The notes below the pieces were generated by a model that was not told the origin of the DNA, searched no databases, and saw nothing but the letters and a program-made list of their open reading frames with translations. Below are positions 1-11,762 of a stretch of 64,000 nt of DNA, one piece after another; within the stretch, counting starts at the first letter, position 1; the number at the start of each line of letters is the position of its first letter. The stretch covers positions 61,568,001 through 61,632,000 of the forward strand of contig NW_024704742.1 in assembly GCF_018977255.1 (NCBI RefSeq), given 5' to 3'. Position numbers and translations under genes: made by a program. Source of the DNA: Callorhinchus milii. Lineage: Eukaryota.

Positions 1-182
1 AAGGAGTCCTAACATGGACCCCTGTTGCCACCCATGTTAATACCTCCCTCCTTTATCTCCCATTATAACTATCATCTATTCCTTTCCATTTCAGGTAGTT
101 TCTATTCTTTTTAACCAATTACATTAGCTTGTAAATTTGATGTCAAATACTTATCCAAAAGGGCTATGCAACAATCTACCTG

Positions 183-600
183 GGTCAGTGATAGCACTCT
201 TGTCTCTGAGTCAGAAGGTTGCGGGTTGATATCCCACGTTGGGACTTGGAATCACATAGTCTAAGCGGACACTCTAATGCAGTGCTGGGAGTGAGTTGTA
301 TTGCGCGAGATGCTGTCTTTTGGATGAGACGTTAAACTGAGGTTCTGTCTGCCAGTTCAGGTAGATGTTAAAAATCCCATGCCACTATTTGGAAAGAAAA
401 GTCAGTTTCTCCCGCTGATCTAACCAACAAGCCTCCAAATAAAATTGATCACTCACTACATGGCTGTTTTGGGGATATTGCTGTGTGCAAACTGGTTGCC
501 GAGTTTGCCGATAGTCAATCTGCTTTACAGTGTATTCTGTGAAATGCTTTGAGACATTTTGACAACATGATAAGATGTTTTTCCACGCGCAAGGATTAAT
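183..600 (+). mobile_element. SINE family A (tRNA head, Deu-like domain, L2-type tail)
   Basis: Head gcactcttgtctctgagtcagaaggttg; core ctttTggatgagacgttaaactgagg...aaaaatcccatg resembles the DeuSINE domain (AmnSINE1/SacSINE1 group, from recall); tail tgtgaaatgctttgagac...gcaaggatt. Confidence 0.75.
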
Positions 601-1733
601 TATTTAAGGAAAAAATGTAAATGTCAACAATTAACTACATTTTAAACTGTGACTGCAATCTTTTATAGTTGATGAAATTGTTTAAAAATAGTTGCACTTG
701 GTTAAGTAACCCTTTTGCAAAGTTAACAAGAAAAGTTAATAGCCATCTTTAATAAAGTGTTTTTTAAACTTGGCATAGCCTGTTTCCATAATGATTTCAA
801 ACCTTTAGCAAATGGGAATATGTTTAAAGGATAATTGAATTTGTGCCTACAGTGAGGCACTTCGTATTTCCAAGTGAAAATAAACAAAGAATTCAGAACG
901 GTTTCACAAACAATACTTGTGTGTAAAGGCTAATTTATCCTTTGTCCTTCCAATCAAGGAAACAGCAGTAGGTCTTTATAGTTATGTTTCGTAGTACAAA
1001 TTTTCAATTTCAATTTGTAATATAAAAAATATACAGCTGCAGGAGAAACAGATTACTCTTGGTACGTGTGCTGTTCACAAGAATTGAATTAGCAATCTCT
1101 ACACAATAGATAAACCACAATATGACACGTCATCTTTTCTGATACGCTTCTAAAAATACCTTAAATAAAGTGAATGCTATTGAATCATTTTCATCTGATA
1201 TAACAAAAGATCAAAATCTTGTACAAAGTTTGCCTTCAGCTAAAACTTTTCTAAGTTGCAATGTTGCTTTAAGCTAAACCATCTTCCAGCAGATATAAAA
1301 GAAACACAAAATGTAAAATAAAACAGATAATGTTGGAAATGTTTGAAAGAGTAGGGTAAAGTGATTTGGACCACTCTAGCCAAACAAAGACATATCTTTC
1401 CAACCATGCTTTCAGTCACCTTCCTCCCATCCCCAGCTCAGGCTCCGAATCAGCCATGTGAAAGACATTGAACCATTCTCTCGACATGAAAGGTGAAATA
1501 TAAATGTAAATTGTTGTTGTAGCAGGCCAAGGTGTTAAAGGTTATTGGAGGAAGAAATGCCTCCACTTCACAGTCAAGAGCAAAAGTTCAAATTCTGCAA
1601 AGTTTAGATTGATCAGCCACTCCCTGTAACCACTTGATGCAAGAAGATTGCTGTATCTTGTGATTCAAGTGTTTTTTTTAAATGGCCAAAAAGCTTCAAG
1701 TTTTATAACTGTATCAGCCTGTCTGCTCCTTCC

Positions 1734-2064
1734 GCTCAGTGGATACCGGCCTGCTTCAGAGCCTCGCACTTCCCGCCTCATCATTGGTGGTTGGGCATTC
1801 AGCATCTTTGCCCCCACACTCTGGAATTCTATCCAGCAATCCCTCCACCTCACCTACTCTCTTGCCTCCTCCTTCAAGTCCTGACTGAAGAACTTCCTCG
1901 TCGACTGTGCCTTCGGCCACACCCCCAGCCCCAACCCCCCCCTGCTCTCCACCCCTCCTGGCCCAACTCCCAGCTCGCGTCCAAAAACTCCTGACTGTCC
2001 ATCCTGGGATGTCTTTCTGACGTGAAGGGCGCTATACAAGTGTAATCTGTTGTTTATTGTTGTT
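1734..2064 (+). mobile_element. L2 LINE 3' fragment
   Basis: ORF-like AFSIFAPTLWNSIQ; 3' end gacgtgaagggcgctatacaagtgtaatctgttg. Confidence 0.8.
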
Positions 2065-2099
2065 GTACAAAACAATGTAACTTGAAATAAGAATTTTAT

Positions 2100-2455
2100 T
2101 AATGATAATAATAATAATCCTTGCATTTAACACAGTGCCATTTACATCAGGAGGATACCTTAAAGCTCTTCACTAGATTTACTATTACTACTATTCATGT
2201 GGTAACTGTGTATGGTAAACAAATTCTCCTAGCTAACAATTCAATTTGCAAGGTTTGGGATTGCTAGCTGGAACACTAGAACTTTGTTTTGAAATAGTGC
2301 CATGGAATTTTTCATCTCCATATGAACAAGTAAACAGGACCTCAGTTTAACATCTCATCCAAAGGACGGCACCCCCAGCAATGCAGTGCACCTCCAGCAT
2401 TGCATTGGAGCATCAGCCTGGACAATGTGAGTTCAAATTCCAGACATGGAGCTTA
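2100..2455 (-). mobile_element. SINE family A, degenerate
   Basis: Reverse-complement Deu-like core (ggacctcagtttaacatctcatccaaaggacggcac) and tail (aataatccttgcattt). Confidence 0.65.
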
Positions 2456-2904
2456 TTCTTGTAATTTAAGATGAAAATTGCAACCTGAGATGTTAGAAAA
2501 TTCCTCTTCGCCAATAATTACATTGATTGGTGCAGAGGCATGAGTACCCACCACCCCATCGCCCCACACACACCCATCACCACCACCACTCTCAAAGGCA
2601 TCACTGTGTTTGGGCACAACATGACCAGTGATTTGCATTGAACTTGCCAGTCTATGAACCACAGCAATAGAGTGCCAGTTATTTTTTAGTACAACTGGTA
2701 TGTAAGCATCCTAATTCCTAGTCTTAGTTTAATTTTTTNCTAAAGTTTATCCTTCCAAACAATTTTACATGGAATGCAAAGGCAATTCAATCCCTCAAGC
2801 TGTTTAGCACATTACTTCCAACTGGATGAACATAATGCAACCAAACATGTTTTGGTAGGTCGATAGAGTTCATAGATTTTATTTAGCTGAAATAACAACT
2901 ACCA

Positions 2905-3600
2905 CAAAATTACATTTGCATTACGCCATTCATGTTGGAAGGACATTTCAAGGCGCTGGATAGTCAATGTTTTGGACCTGAGCTGAGGATCAGGATCGGG
3001 GAGGATGGAGGGCAGGGGGGAAAGAAGGGTGATCGAAAGCACGGTTGAAAAGAAGGGTCTTGAGATGGGTCTTGAAGGAGGCAAGGAAGGGAGGGGGCGT
3101 GGTGGAGGGACTGTGGGGTGGAGTTCCAGAGGGTGGGGCAGAGTGGCAGAAGACCATTAGTGGGGCGAGCGAGGTGGGGGACGTGAAACAGGCTGGAGCC
3201 CGCTGAGCAGAGGGAGCAGGCAGGTGGCTAGGAGATCGCAGAGGTAGGGGGAAGCGAAGCCATGGAGGGCTTTGAAGGTGAGGACCAGGATCTTGAACTA
3301 TATCCTCCATATGATGGGAAGCCAGTGAAGTCAGGCAAGGATGAGGGTGATAGGGTCATGGAGCCTGGTGCTGAAGAGGACACGGGCTGCAGAGTTCTGG
3401 ATGATCTACAGCTTGTAGAAGGAGTAGCTGGGGAGCCGACAAGGAGGAAGTTTGTATAGTCAAGCCTGGATGTTATGAATGTGTGCATGAGGGTTTCGCT
3501 AGTCTGGGAGTGAGACAGTGGTGGAGCCGGGCGATGTTGCAGAGGTCTGCAAAGGCAGAGCGGGTCATGGCACGGGTGTGGGGCAGAAAGGATAGCTAGC
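2905..3600 (-). mobile_element. L2 LINE 3' fragment
   Basis: Minus-strand remnants ETLMHTFITSRLDY and FKTHLKTLLFNRAF; L2 tail at the left end. Confidence 0.85.
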
Positions 3601-6579
3601 AAAGTGTGTTACCATGTGGTGAAGGAAATTAGCTTGGTGCAGTTTACCCATGTTAAACTCAGATAAGCAGTAGGATTACGGATCAATGCTGTCCAGTCTT
3701 AGAGAATCAGATCAAGTCTATCCCTCTCTAGACAACCATGAACCGTGGCAAACATACCGATAAACAGACAAACAAATGTATATCTGCGACAAACTGGTAT
3801 GGCTGTGTAAAACTACACCAAATACTACCCCAGTGGCAGAATGTTCTACAACAACTTTTCAAGCAAAATAAAAATCAATGGAGTACATTATAACGAAAAT
3901 GTGCATTCCGTAGAAACTTGATGAATCTGAATATTCCATTTCATATCTTGTCTATTGTGTCATTTTGTGTACACATAATTATTTGTTTTAAGAAAAATTG
4001 TGAATAAAATCTGTTCCTCATACCAAAACACCAATGAATGAGTGCAAAGGTAACCAAATCCCCTATTTGAAACAGATAAAAACTTGTATACAGCCTTCTA
4101 TTTACTGGGTGAACATTTCCTTTCTCTAAGAATATTAGTTGCCAATTGTTCAGAGGGCCACAAGTAAACAGCATGTGGGAAATCGTATGCTTTTGCAACA
4201 GAGTTCTGCCCTGAGGTTAGAATTAAGGCAAAATATTGGGATTGTGCAGAAAAAATTGGTCATTCATTTAATTGTTGTTTGTGGAACATTTGCTGTGCCC
4301 AAATTGGCTGTTGCATTTGCCTACAAAATGCACAGTCACTACACTTTACAATACAATCCTGTGAAGCACTTCGAGATGTTGCAACAGGATGTGATGAAAA
4401 AAACAGCAATGATCAAATCATTGCCTTACTCAAAGCTTCTGAAGCTGAGTTATTGTATATTACTGATATTTGGATCTCCAATAATTCCTAATCCTTAAAT
4501 TCTCCCACTATTACACCTCTTTCAACTGTCAGTCAAGTTTGTTGAACAAGTAACTTGTGAAAGTGCTTCAGTGTCTGTGAGCCATAGCCTTGTGACAGCT
4601 AAAAAAAAAACTTTGACTATATTGGATCAGTTCTTGTAAAAATAGATAAGACACTTTAAAGTGGTTTCTCGAGAATGTATCTGTGATAGCTTCTATGGTA
4701 TGTTTTCTGGTTTGTCTTCACAACATATGTTTGATACACACACCTCCAATCACATAGACTTCAATTTTACATATAACTGAAGCATCGCGAAGTCTGCAAC
4801 AACAAGTTACACTTGTATCGTGCCCTTCATGTCGGAAAGACGTCCTAGGATGCGATTTAGGAAAAGTAACATTTGCAAAAAAAAANGCCAACAAGATATC
4901 TTACTGCATGAGATTATTGTTTATTGAGTAGGACCTATACTACTTGTGTGTTTATGGTTAATCTCGGTGGAGGATAAAACATATCCAACACGTTTTTCTC
5001 TGTTTAGTGTTTCACTTTGGTGATCTCTCCACACATCCATCCTCCTCTCACATGAAGACAGTGATTTTAATGTACACGTGGAGCACGTTTAGCCTTTTTG
5101 CTTAACATTAAAGCAATTAGGAATAGCGCTCAAAACACCCAACAGCACACACACATACAGACGGACACCAAGTTCAAGGTTAAATAGCACAACTGACACT
5201 GATCCACTGGGACAACTCCACATTCAATAGAGGATCTTTTCACAGTTCAAACAGTTCCGCGGTCTGGCGAGATGAGTGTTAATCCAGCACAGTGACCCAC
5301 TGAATTTGGCATATCAGATTTTGTCAACATTTACCCCCCCACAAGTTTACAATCATGGTATGGACTCGCCTTTTCGCCTGTCCTCGCCAATCAACAGGCA
5401 AATTGGAGGAATTAACCAGCAAAATTTAATAGTGGTTCTGTGGTTCATGTTTCCTTGCATCCGAGTATTGCATCCAAGTCTAAAGATCAACATCAATGCC
5501 TGTGCAATACCTGTACATGAATACATGACAAAAGGAAAATAAATGTATATGTGTACCAATATATATAACGACATGACATGACAAGAGAAAAAGTTCCATC
5601 TAAGGATTTACATCAATCAACTTACCAGAGGTCAACCACCAATTTGTCACATAACACTATATGTCTTGAATCCACAGGGGCTAAGTGCAATAATTAACAG
5701 ATAAAGTAGTTGTGGGCATTGAATCGAGAGAGAAATAATACATTAGTGTCACCGGATTTGGGTTAATTTTGGAAATTGCGCTTTCGCCATCGATGCCAAA
5801 TGCGCTCAGGGATGATATTAACCCTTTCAGCCAACTTTTGCAAACTGCTGTACGCATTCTACCAATGGCTTTCTTGAACTGTGCAAAACTGAATAGTGTC
5901 AGGATAAGCGCTGCTGATGTGTGTGTGTGAGGGCAGAGAGATGTTATCCTTTTGGAGAATGATACATCCTTAAAGATCGACACTGCCCGCTCTGACCTGT
6001 AAAATGGACTGCGTTTGTCTGTCCATCTGTCACTCACTCCACACTGAGCGAAATGGCCCCTTATCATGACTTCTAGCGTTCAACATCATTTTTTTAAAAA
6101 ATAAAAGGGGCTAAAGAACGATCAGCATTCATAACACAGTCTCTGCACATGGGCATCAGCGGCTTCACACTGACTAAATACATTAAATAAATAAATAAAT
6201 AAATGCAATAAATTCAATTAAATAATGAATAGATAGATACTGATTCCTAACCACACACACACACACACACACCCCCCCACACACACACAGTGGTATGGCA
6301 TCGCAATAGTGCAGCCGCGAGTGATGGGCAGAGTCCGAGCGATTGCAAACCCCATCTCTGCACCTTCACTGGTGCAAATGCCATGCCGTGCCGAGCCGTG
6401 CTGTCCGGGTCCCACAAGAACAGCAACCCGGACAAACACAACCTGCCCCCCCCCCCCCATCAGCCGGGGCAGTGCCCGGAGCCGAGTGCTCCCCGACAGC
6501 AGCTCAGCTCAGGCACCGCTGACACCAGCGCCGCCGCTCTCTCTCCCGCTGTGTATGGTCAGCGAGAGGCTGTCCATCA

Positions 6580-7245
6580 TGTGTGTGGGGGGGGGGGGGG
6601 GCTGTGTGTGTGTGTGGGGGGGGGCTGTGTGTGTGTGTGGGGGGGGGGGGGGGCTGTGTGTGTGGGGGAGGGGGGGCTGTGTGTGTGTGGGGGGGGGGCT
6701 GTGTGTGTGTGTGTGGGGGGGGGGCTGTGTGTGTGTGGGGGGGGGGGGGGGGGGCTGTGTGTGTGTGTGGGGGGGGGCTGTGTGTGTGTGTGTGTGGGGG
6801 GGGGGGCTGTGTGTGTGGGGGAGGGGGGGCTGTGTGTGTGTGTGTGGGTGTGTGTGTGTTGGGGGGGGCTGTGTGTGTGTGTGTGTGGGGGGGGGCTGTG
6901 TGTGTGTTGGGGGGGGCTGTGTGTGTGTGTGGGGGGGGGGGGGGGCTGTGTGTGTGTGGGGGGGGGGGCTGTGTGTGTGTGGGGGGGGGGGGTGTGTGTG
7001 TGGGGGGGGGGGGGGCTGTGTGTGGGGGGGGGGGCTGGTGTGTGTGTGGGGGGGGGGGCTGTGTGTGTGTGGTGTGTGTGGGGGGGGGTGGGCTGTGTGT
7101 GTGTGGGGGGCTGTGTGTGTGTGTGTGTGTGGGGGGGGGGCTGTGTGTGTGTGGGGGGGGGGGCTGTGTGTGTGTGGGGGGGGGGGCTGTGTGTGTGGGG
7201 GGGGGGGGGCTGTGTGTGGGGGGGGGGGGGGGGGGGGGGCTGTGT
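6580..7245 (+). repeat. Compound (GT)n-Gn minisatellite, unit ~CTGTGTGTGTGGGGGGGG
   Basis: Dozens of alternating (TG)n and G7-G20 runs, mostly separated by a single C. Confidence 0.95.
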
Positions 7246-7291
7246 GAGAGCTGTGCCCCCGCCCCCACACTCACACACGCTGTTGGCTGTA

Positions 7292-7565
7292 GGCGGGGGG
7301 TGGCCGGAGCCCGGGCTGGCAGTGTCCGGGCGGGGGGTGGCCGGAGCCCGGGCTGGCAGTGTCCGGGGCGGGGGGTGGCCGGAGCCCGGGCTGGCAGTGT
7401 CCGGGCGGGGGGTGGCCGGAGCCCGGGCTGGCAGTGTCCGGGCGGGGGTGGCCGGAGCCCGGGCTGGCAGTGTCCGGGCGGGGGGTGGCCGGAGCCCGGG
7501 CTGGCAGTGTCCGGGCGGGGGGTGGCCGGAGCCCGGGCTGGCAGTGTCCGGGCGGGGGGTGGCCA
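7292..7565 (+). repeat. 37-bp GC-rich VNTR, 7 full copies plus partial
   Basis: Unit TGGCCGGAGCCCGGGCTGGCAGTGTCCGGGCGGGGGG starts at 7301, 7338, 7376, 7413, 7449, 7486 and 7523. Copies differ only in G-run length. Confidence 0.95.
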
Positions 7566-7826
7566 GGCTCCCAGCCACAGGCATGTCCCGGACTGGCAAT
7601 GTGATCCTGAGCGCAGGAGCGACACCCGCACCGCCGTAAATCACACCCCGGACCGAGCAGTGTGCAGTTCACCGTCACCACAGACAGGGGGAGGGGGGAG
7701 GGGGGAGGGGGAGGGGGAGGGGAGGGGGGGAGGGGGGGGAGAGGGAGGGGAGAGAGACACGGGGATCAATGCCGCTGTAGGAGCAGCTGTCCCTGGTGCT
7801 GGAAGCCGGAGCCCGAGTCCACACAG

Positions 7827-7950
7827 GAGATCAGGAGAGAGATCGGGAGAGAGATCGGGAGAGGGATCGGGAGAGAGTTCGCGAGAGATCGGGAGAGGGA
7901 TCGGGAGAGAGATCGGGAGAGGGATCGGGAGAGAGATCGGGAGAGAGATC
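7827..7950 (+). repeat. 12-bp tandem repeat (GAGATCGGGAGA), about 10 copies
   Basis: Visible periodicity of gagatcgggaga/gggatcgggaga, ending ~65 bp before the ATG. Confidence 0.9.
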
Positions 7951-8013
7951 GTCTGGAGCTGCGGTTCTGCCCCCGAAACCCTTTATAAAAAGCCACATCT
8001 CCCCCCAAAAAAA

Positions 8014-8084
8014 ATGTCCCATTGCAAATGTTCCTCGATCGCTGCTCTGTGGGTTTATCTCTGGGGAGTGGCGGTTTTTCTAAG
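8014..8084 (+). CDS. GLRA3: GlyR alpha coding exon 1 (signal peptide)
   Basis: ATG at 8014 with A at -3. Encodes MSHCKCSSIAALWVYLWGVAVFL plus AG, then donor AG|GTAAGA. It is 71 nt, phase 2, and AG+C gives Ser in frame with exon 2. It aligns without gaps to the mammalian alpha3 leader (MAH...YFWEAALLL). Confidence 0.88.
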
Positions 8085-8137
8085 GTAAGAACTCTTTACT
8101 TTCCACAACAAGTTTTACTTTTGCAGCGGATCACCTC

Positions 8138-8185
<48 letters not shown>

Positions 8186-8191
8186 ACACAC
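8138..8191 (+). repeat. Poly-C plus (CA)n tract at the start of intron 1
   Basis: A run of over 30 C followed by about 10 CA units. Confidence 0.95.
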
Positions 8192-11100
8192 TGACTGATT
8201 GAGGGGGTCTGCAAGATGGGGAGTGCGTTCCTCTCCCCGAGTCTCTGGCGATGCCTCTGGGTTTCCGGACTGGTCTGTGCAGCGCTGCGCTACAGGTAGA
8301 AAATATTCCAACCTGTCAGGACCAAAGGAAAATATCTACCAAGAGAAAGGGGACTTGGAAAGGACACGGTTTCGATGGCGTGTTCACACAGTTTAACAAT
8401 GAGCAACATGTTATATATCTCCCCAGTATATATATATATATATATATTATAGCCTTATTGCATTTTGTCTCAGTGTTTTTTTTTCTGTCTCCCAGGATCA
8501 TTTTTTGTTTTGCAATTTGTTGGAAATTTGTTGGGGGGGGGGGGGGGGGTGGGAGGGGGTGGGGGGGGGGGGCAGGGGGGGAGAGGGGAATTAAAAGAAG
8601 AAAATTGCAGTAAATCTATTTAGAATCCCTTTTATTTTAGTTCAGCACTGCAGGTCAGAGAAGCATTTCTTAAGGCACATTCAGTCGCATATGCACCCAA
8701 CAGGGGGGCGTTTTGTGCATTTGTGGACGAAATGCGTCCACTCAAACTCCTGTTGGTCTCATCGTGGGTCTAACACACAACCCAGGTTTCCCATTGAAAG
8801 CGGGACTGGAAGCCACTGTAACCACTGTCTGCACTGACTCACACTCCCCACCACATCATCAACCCCAGAGGTTCAGAAGAATTACAGTGACAATTAACCT
8901 TTCACTCCCTCTCCTCGGCATGGACAGCGCACACAGAGTGAAATGCAACGGTGTGCCGCCGCCCCCCATGTACTCACTGCTGTGGGGACTTGTTTCACAC
9001 TGGGCACCGGTTTAGTGGTCAAACAGTTTATGCCACTGACGAGCGGACCAGCGGTCTCATCGTGTGTTGGGATTTGGGCACAACATGTCCCAAATACCGG
9101 CGATTAATCAGTGCCACACAGAGCATTGCTGACTGTGCCGAACAGCTTCGGATTGAATCCATTTATGTTTGTGCCACGTATTAAATTTGAGGACAGTCTT
9201 GTGCAATAGAATCACATCCCGGTGGGGAGATCCGGATTGAAATTGATGTACATTTTTTTTATTGGAATTCTAAACAGCGAAGATCGGTCTTTCAGACTCA
9301 GTAAAACATCTGATAGATTGGGGTTCCAGCACAGCGTCAGCGGATGGTGTGTGTAAACATCTGGGTTTCAGAACAGCACTGTCTAATTTCAATCACATTA
9401 GAAACAGAGTAAATCCTTCGTTTGGGAACATTATCTGATGGTTAGTGACCTGCTTGGATTTCATGTGAGGAACAAGGAGAGTTTGCAGTGGAATTACAAC
9501 TGACCACCCAATACTAGGCGATTAAAGAAAATTAGGAGCGAGGGGAAATGTTCAAAAATAATAATTTCATCCTTGCATTTGGTATAGCACCTGATCAGGT
9601 CTCCGAGACATCTCAAAGCACTTCACAGAATATACTGTAAAGTGAGTTGATTGTACATTTTGTGGGCGAAAATATAACTGTTAGTTTCAGCTCTGCATTG
9701 GTCTTTAAAGCTGTCTCTTGCTGCTAACAACAACAATTTGCATTTATATAACGCCCTTCATGGTGGGTCAGCGACAACGTACCTATAACACATTTCATAT
9801 GGAATGAATGCCATTGGTGCTTATCAGTTTATATATCATAATACCTCTTAAATCTTGTTCTTAAAACGTTTCAACCAATTTACCATTTATTGTTGCAGGT
9901 AACAGTCAGATATCACAGTTACACACCTCTAAAGAATAAGTCATTTCTCCCTAAGTTACATCAACTTCCAGACTCCTAACTTATTCTAGTGGTCACTCTT
10001 CATCTGCATTGACACAAATAATCTTGTCCAAATTGCAACATTCACAAACCAGAATCTTTGTTTGCATTGTAACATCCATTTTGCAAATAATAATCCTTAC
10101 ATTTGATATAGCGCCTTTCACATTGGAAGGAAGTCTCCAAGTGCTTCACAGGATTACACTTCAAACCATTACACTACAATGTGAATTAATTGTGTATTTT
10201 TTTGGGTGAAATGTCAGATCTTGAATTTTGTGCCGACATTGATGATCGGCAAGACCCAAGTCGGTGAAATCCAAAATTAGCCGGGCAAGTAAAGCTTGCC
10301 GACTTTGTATATGGTGTTCGCTAGCAATGAATTTTGCCACAAACTAGAATTTGCAAATTCTCAGCTGTAACTAATGCAAAAAATTCAGTTTGTGAATGTT
10401 GCGAATCAGACCCCAATTTTATGAGATCTACCTTAAGAATTCCCTTTGCTGAAAGAAAGCTTGAAATAATTTGTTCAAGATGCTAGTATTTTCATGAATA
10501 AAAGATTGCATGGTGAGTTATGTAAACCATTAAATGAATGATTTCTCTTCCATCAACCAAGAGTATCAGAAGTATAAGATATTATATCAGTGAAATCACA
10601 AGTACAAAATTATTCATTTCTTTTACAGACAAAAGTATAGTTCTTTGATTGTGCACTGTTAACTACAGTCATTTTATTTCATAAATGTATTTGGAAGGGA
10701 TTGGATTGCACAGTGAGTTACACATCGACTTTTCACCTCTAAGACCTTGGTTTGAAGTGAGCCTACACTGAATCAGTTTGGGCAGTCTCGAACGAGTTCT
10801 TGATGCATTTGGTCTCATAGCTCAATACTGCCCTTGATTCAGTTCTGTATAGCAGTTTCACAAAGAGAGGCCAACGGATGGGTTGTGTGAGGAATGAAAA
10901 TTATACTGGTGTAGTAGAAGCTGTTTTTTTGAGGGTGAGAGACATTGGTGGAGCAGATTAGACAGAGCTTTCCCAAACATAATACTTTACATATAATTCA
11001 ACTTGTCAGTGGTTGCCCAAACTGGGAATATGTCCCACTTTCCAGTACCATTATACTTCAGTTTCATCAGTACATAATTCATCATTACAGCATTCAAGTG

Positions 11101-11324
11101 ATGGTTTACAGTATCAAGGGATATTCCAATTTGTTCCACATCCAATCATATTCAATGAAAAGTAGACTTTAATGGCATAAATAATAATCTAGTGTTACAA
11201 GAGAGAACACGGGATCTCTCGCTTGCAAAACAAGTGCGCTAATCACTACGCTACATGATTCTACATGTATTATCACTAGTTCTTATTTTTAGTTTTTATT
11301 AAGTTTATTTAGATTATTTATAAT

Positions 11325-11762
11325 CGAATTCAAGATCCTCATCCTCACCTACAAGGCCATTCATGGCCTTGCACCCTCCTACCTCTCCGACCACTGTCCC
11401 CCTACTTACTTGCCCGTACCCTCCGTTCCTCTGGCTCCGGTCTGCTCCACATCCCCTGCCCTAACCGCCCTACCATCAGTGACTGGGCCTTCAGCCTCTC
11501 AGCCCCGAGGCTCTGGAACTCTATCCCCCAGTGCCTTCGCCGCCTCCTCCCTTTCCTCCTTCAAGGCCGGTCTCACGACCTTTCTCTTCGACCGTGCCTT
11601 CATCTCCCCTCTCGACTCTCTACCCCCTCCTCACTCCCTCCCTTCCCTCCCCTCACCCTGACCATTTCCCCCCTGCTCGGGTCCCGACCCAACTGTCCAG
11701 CGCCTTGGGACGTCCTCCTGACGTGAAAGGCGCTCTATAAATGCAATCTTGTTGTTGTTGTT
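11325..11762 (+). mobile_element. L2 LINE 3' fragment (young subfamily)
   Basis: ttcaagatcctcatcctcacctacaaggcc (FKILILTYKA); tail gggacgtcctcctgacgtgaaaggcgctctataaatgcaatc(ttg)n. Confidence 0.88.

Larger units (their letters stand above)
6290..8290 (+). promoter_or_regulatory. GC/CpG-rich promoter and 5'UTR region around exon 1
   Basis: Sharp rise in GC and CpG against an AT-rich background (6300-6560, 7270-7660), with multiple GGGCGG boxes. It overlaps the first coding exon. The TSS cannot be determined. Confidence 0.6.

Noticed and set aside
2739..4886. Single N bases at 2739 and 4886
   Set aside because: Assembly ambiguities at homopolymer ends, not biology. They suggest homopolymer lengths elsewhere may be unreliable.
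7292..7565. 37-bp direct repeats as a CRISPR array
   Set aside because: There are no unique spacers or cas genes, and the context is eukaryotic; it is a head-to-tail VNTR.
6290..7681. Long Gly/Val/Cys-rich and Pro/His/Thr-rich ORFs (250-500 aa) on both strands
   Set aside because: All six frames are open simply because the repeats contain no stop codons; they are not credible genes.
7984..7990. TATAAAA as a TATA box
   Set aside because: It lies only ~24 bp before the ATG, which would put the TSS on the start codon.
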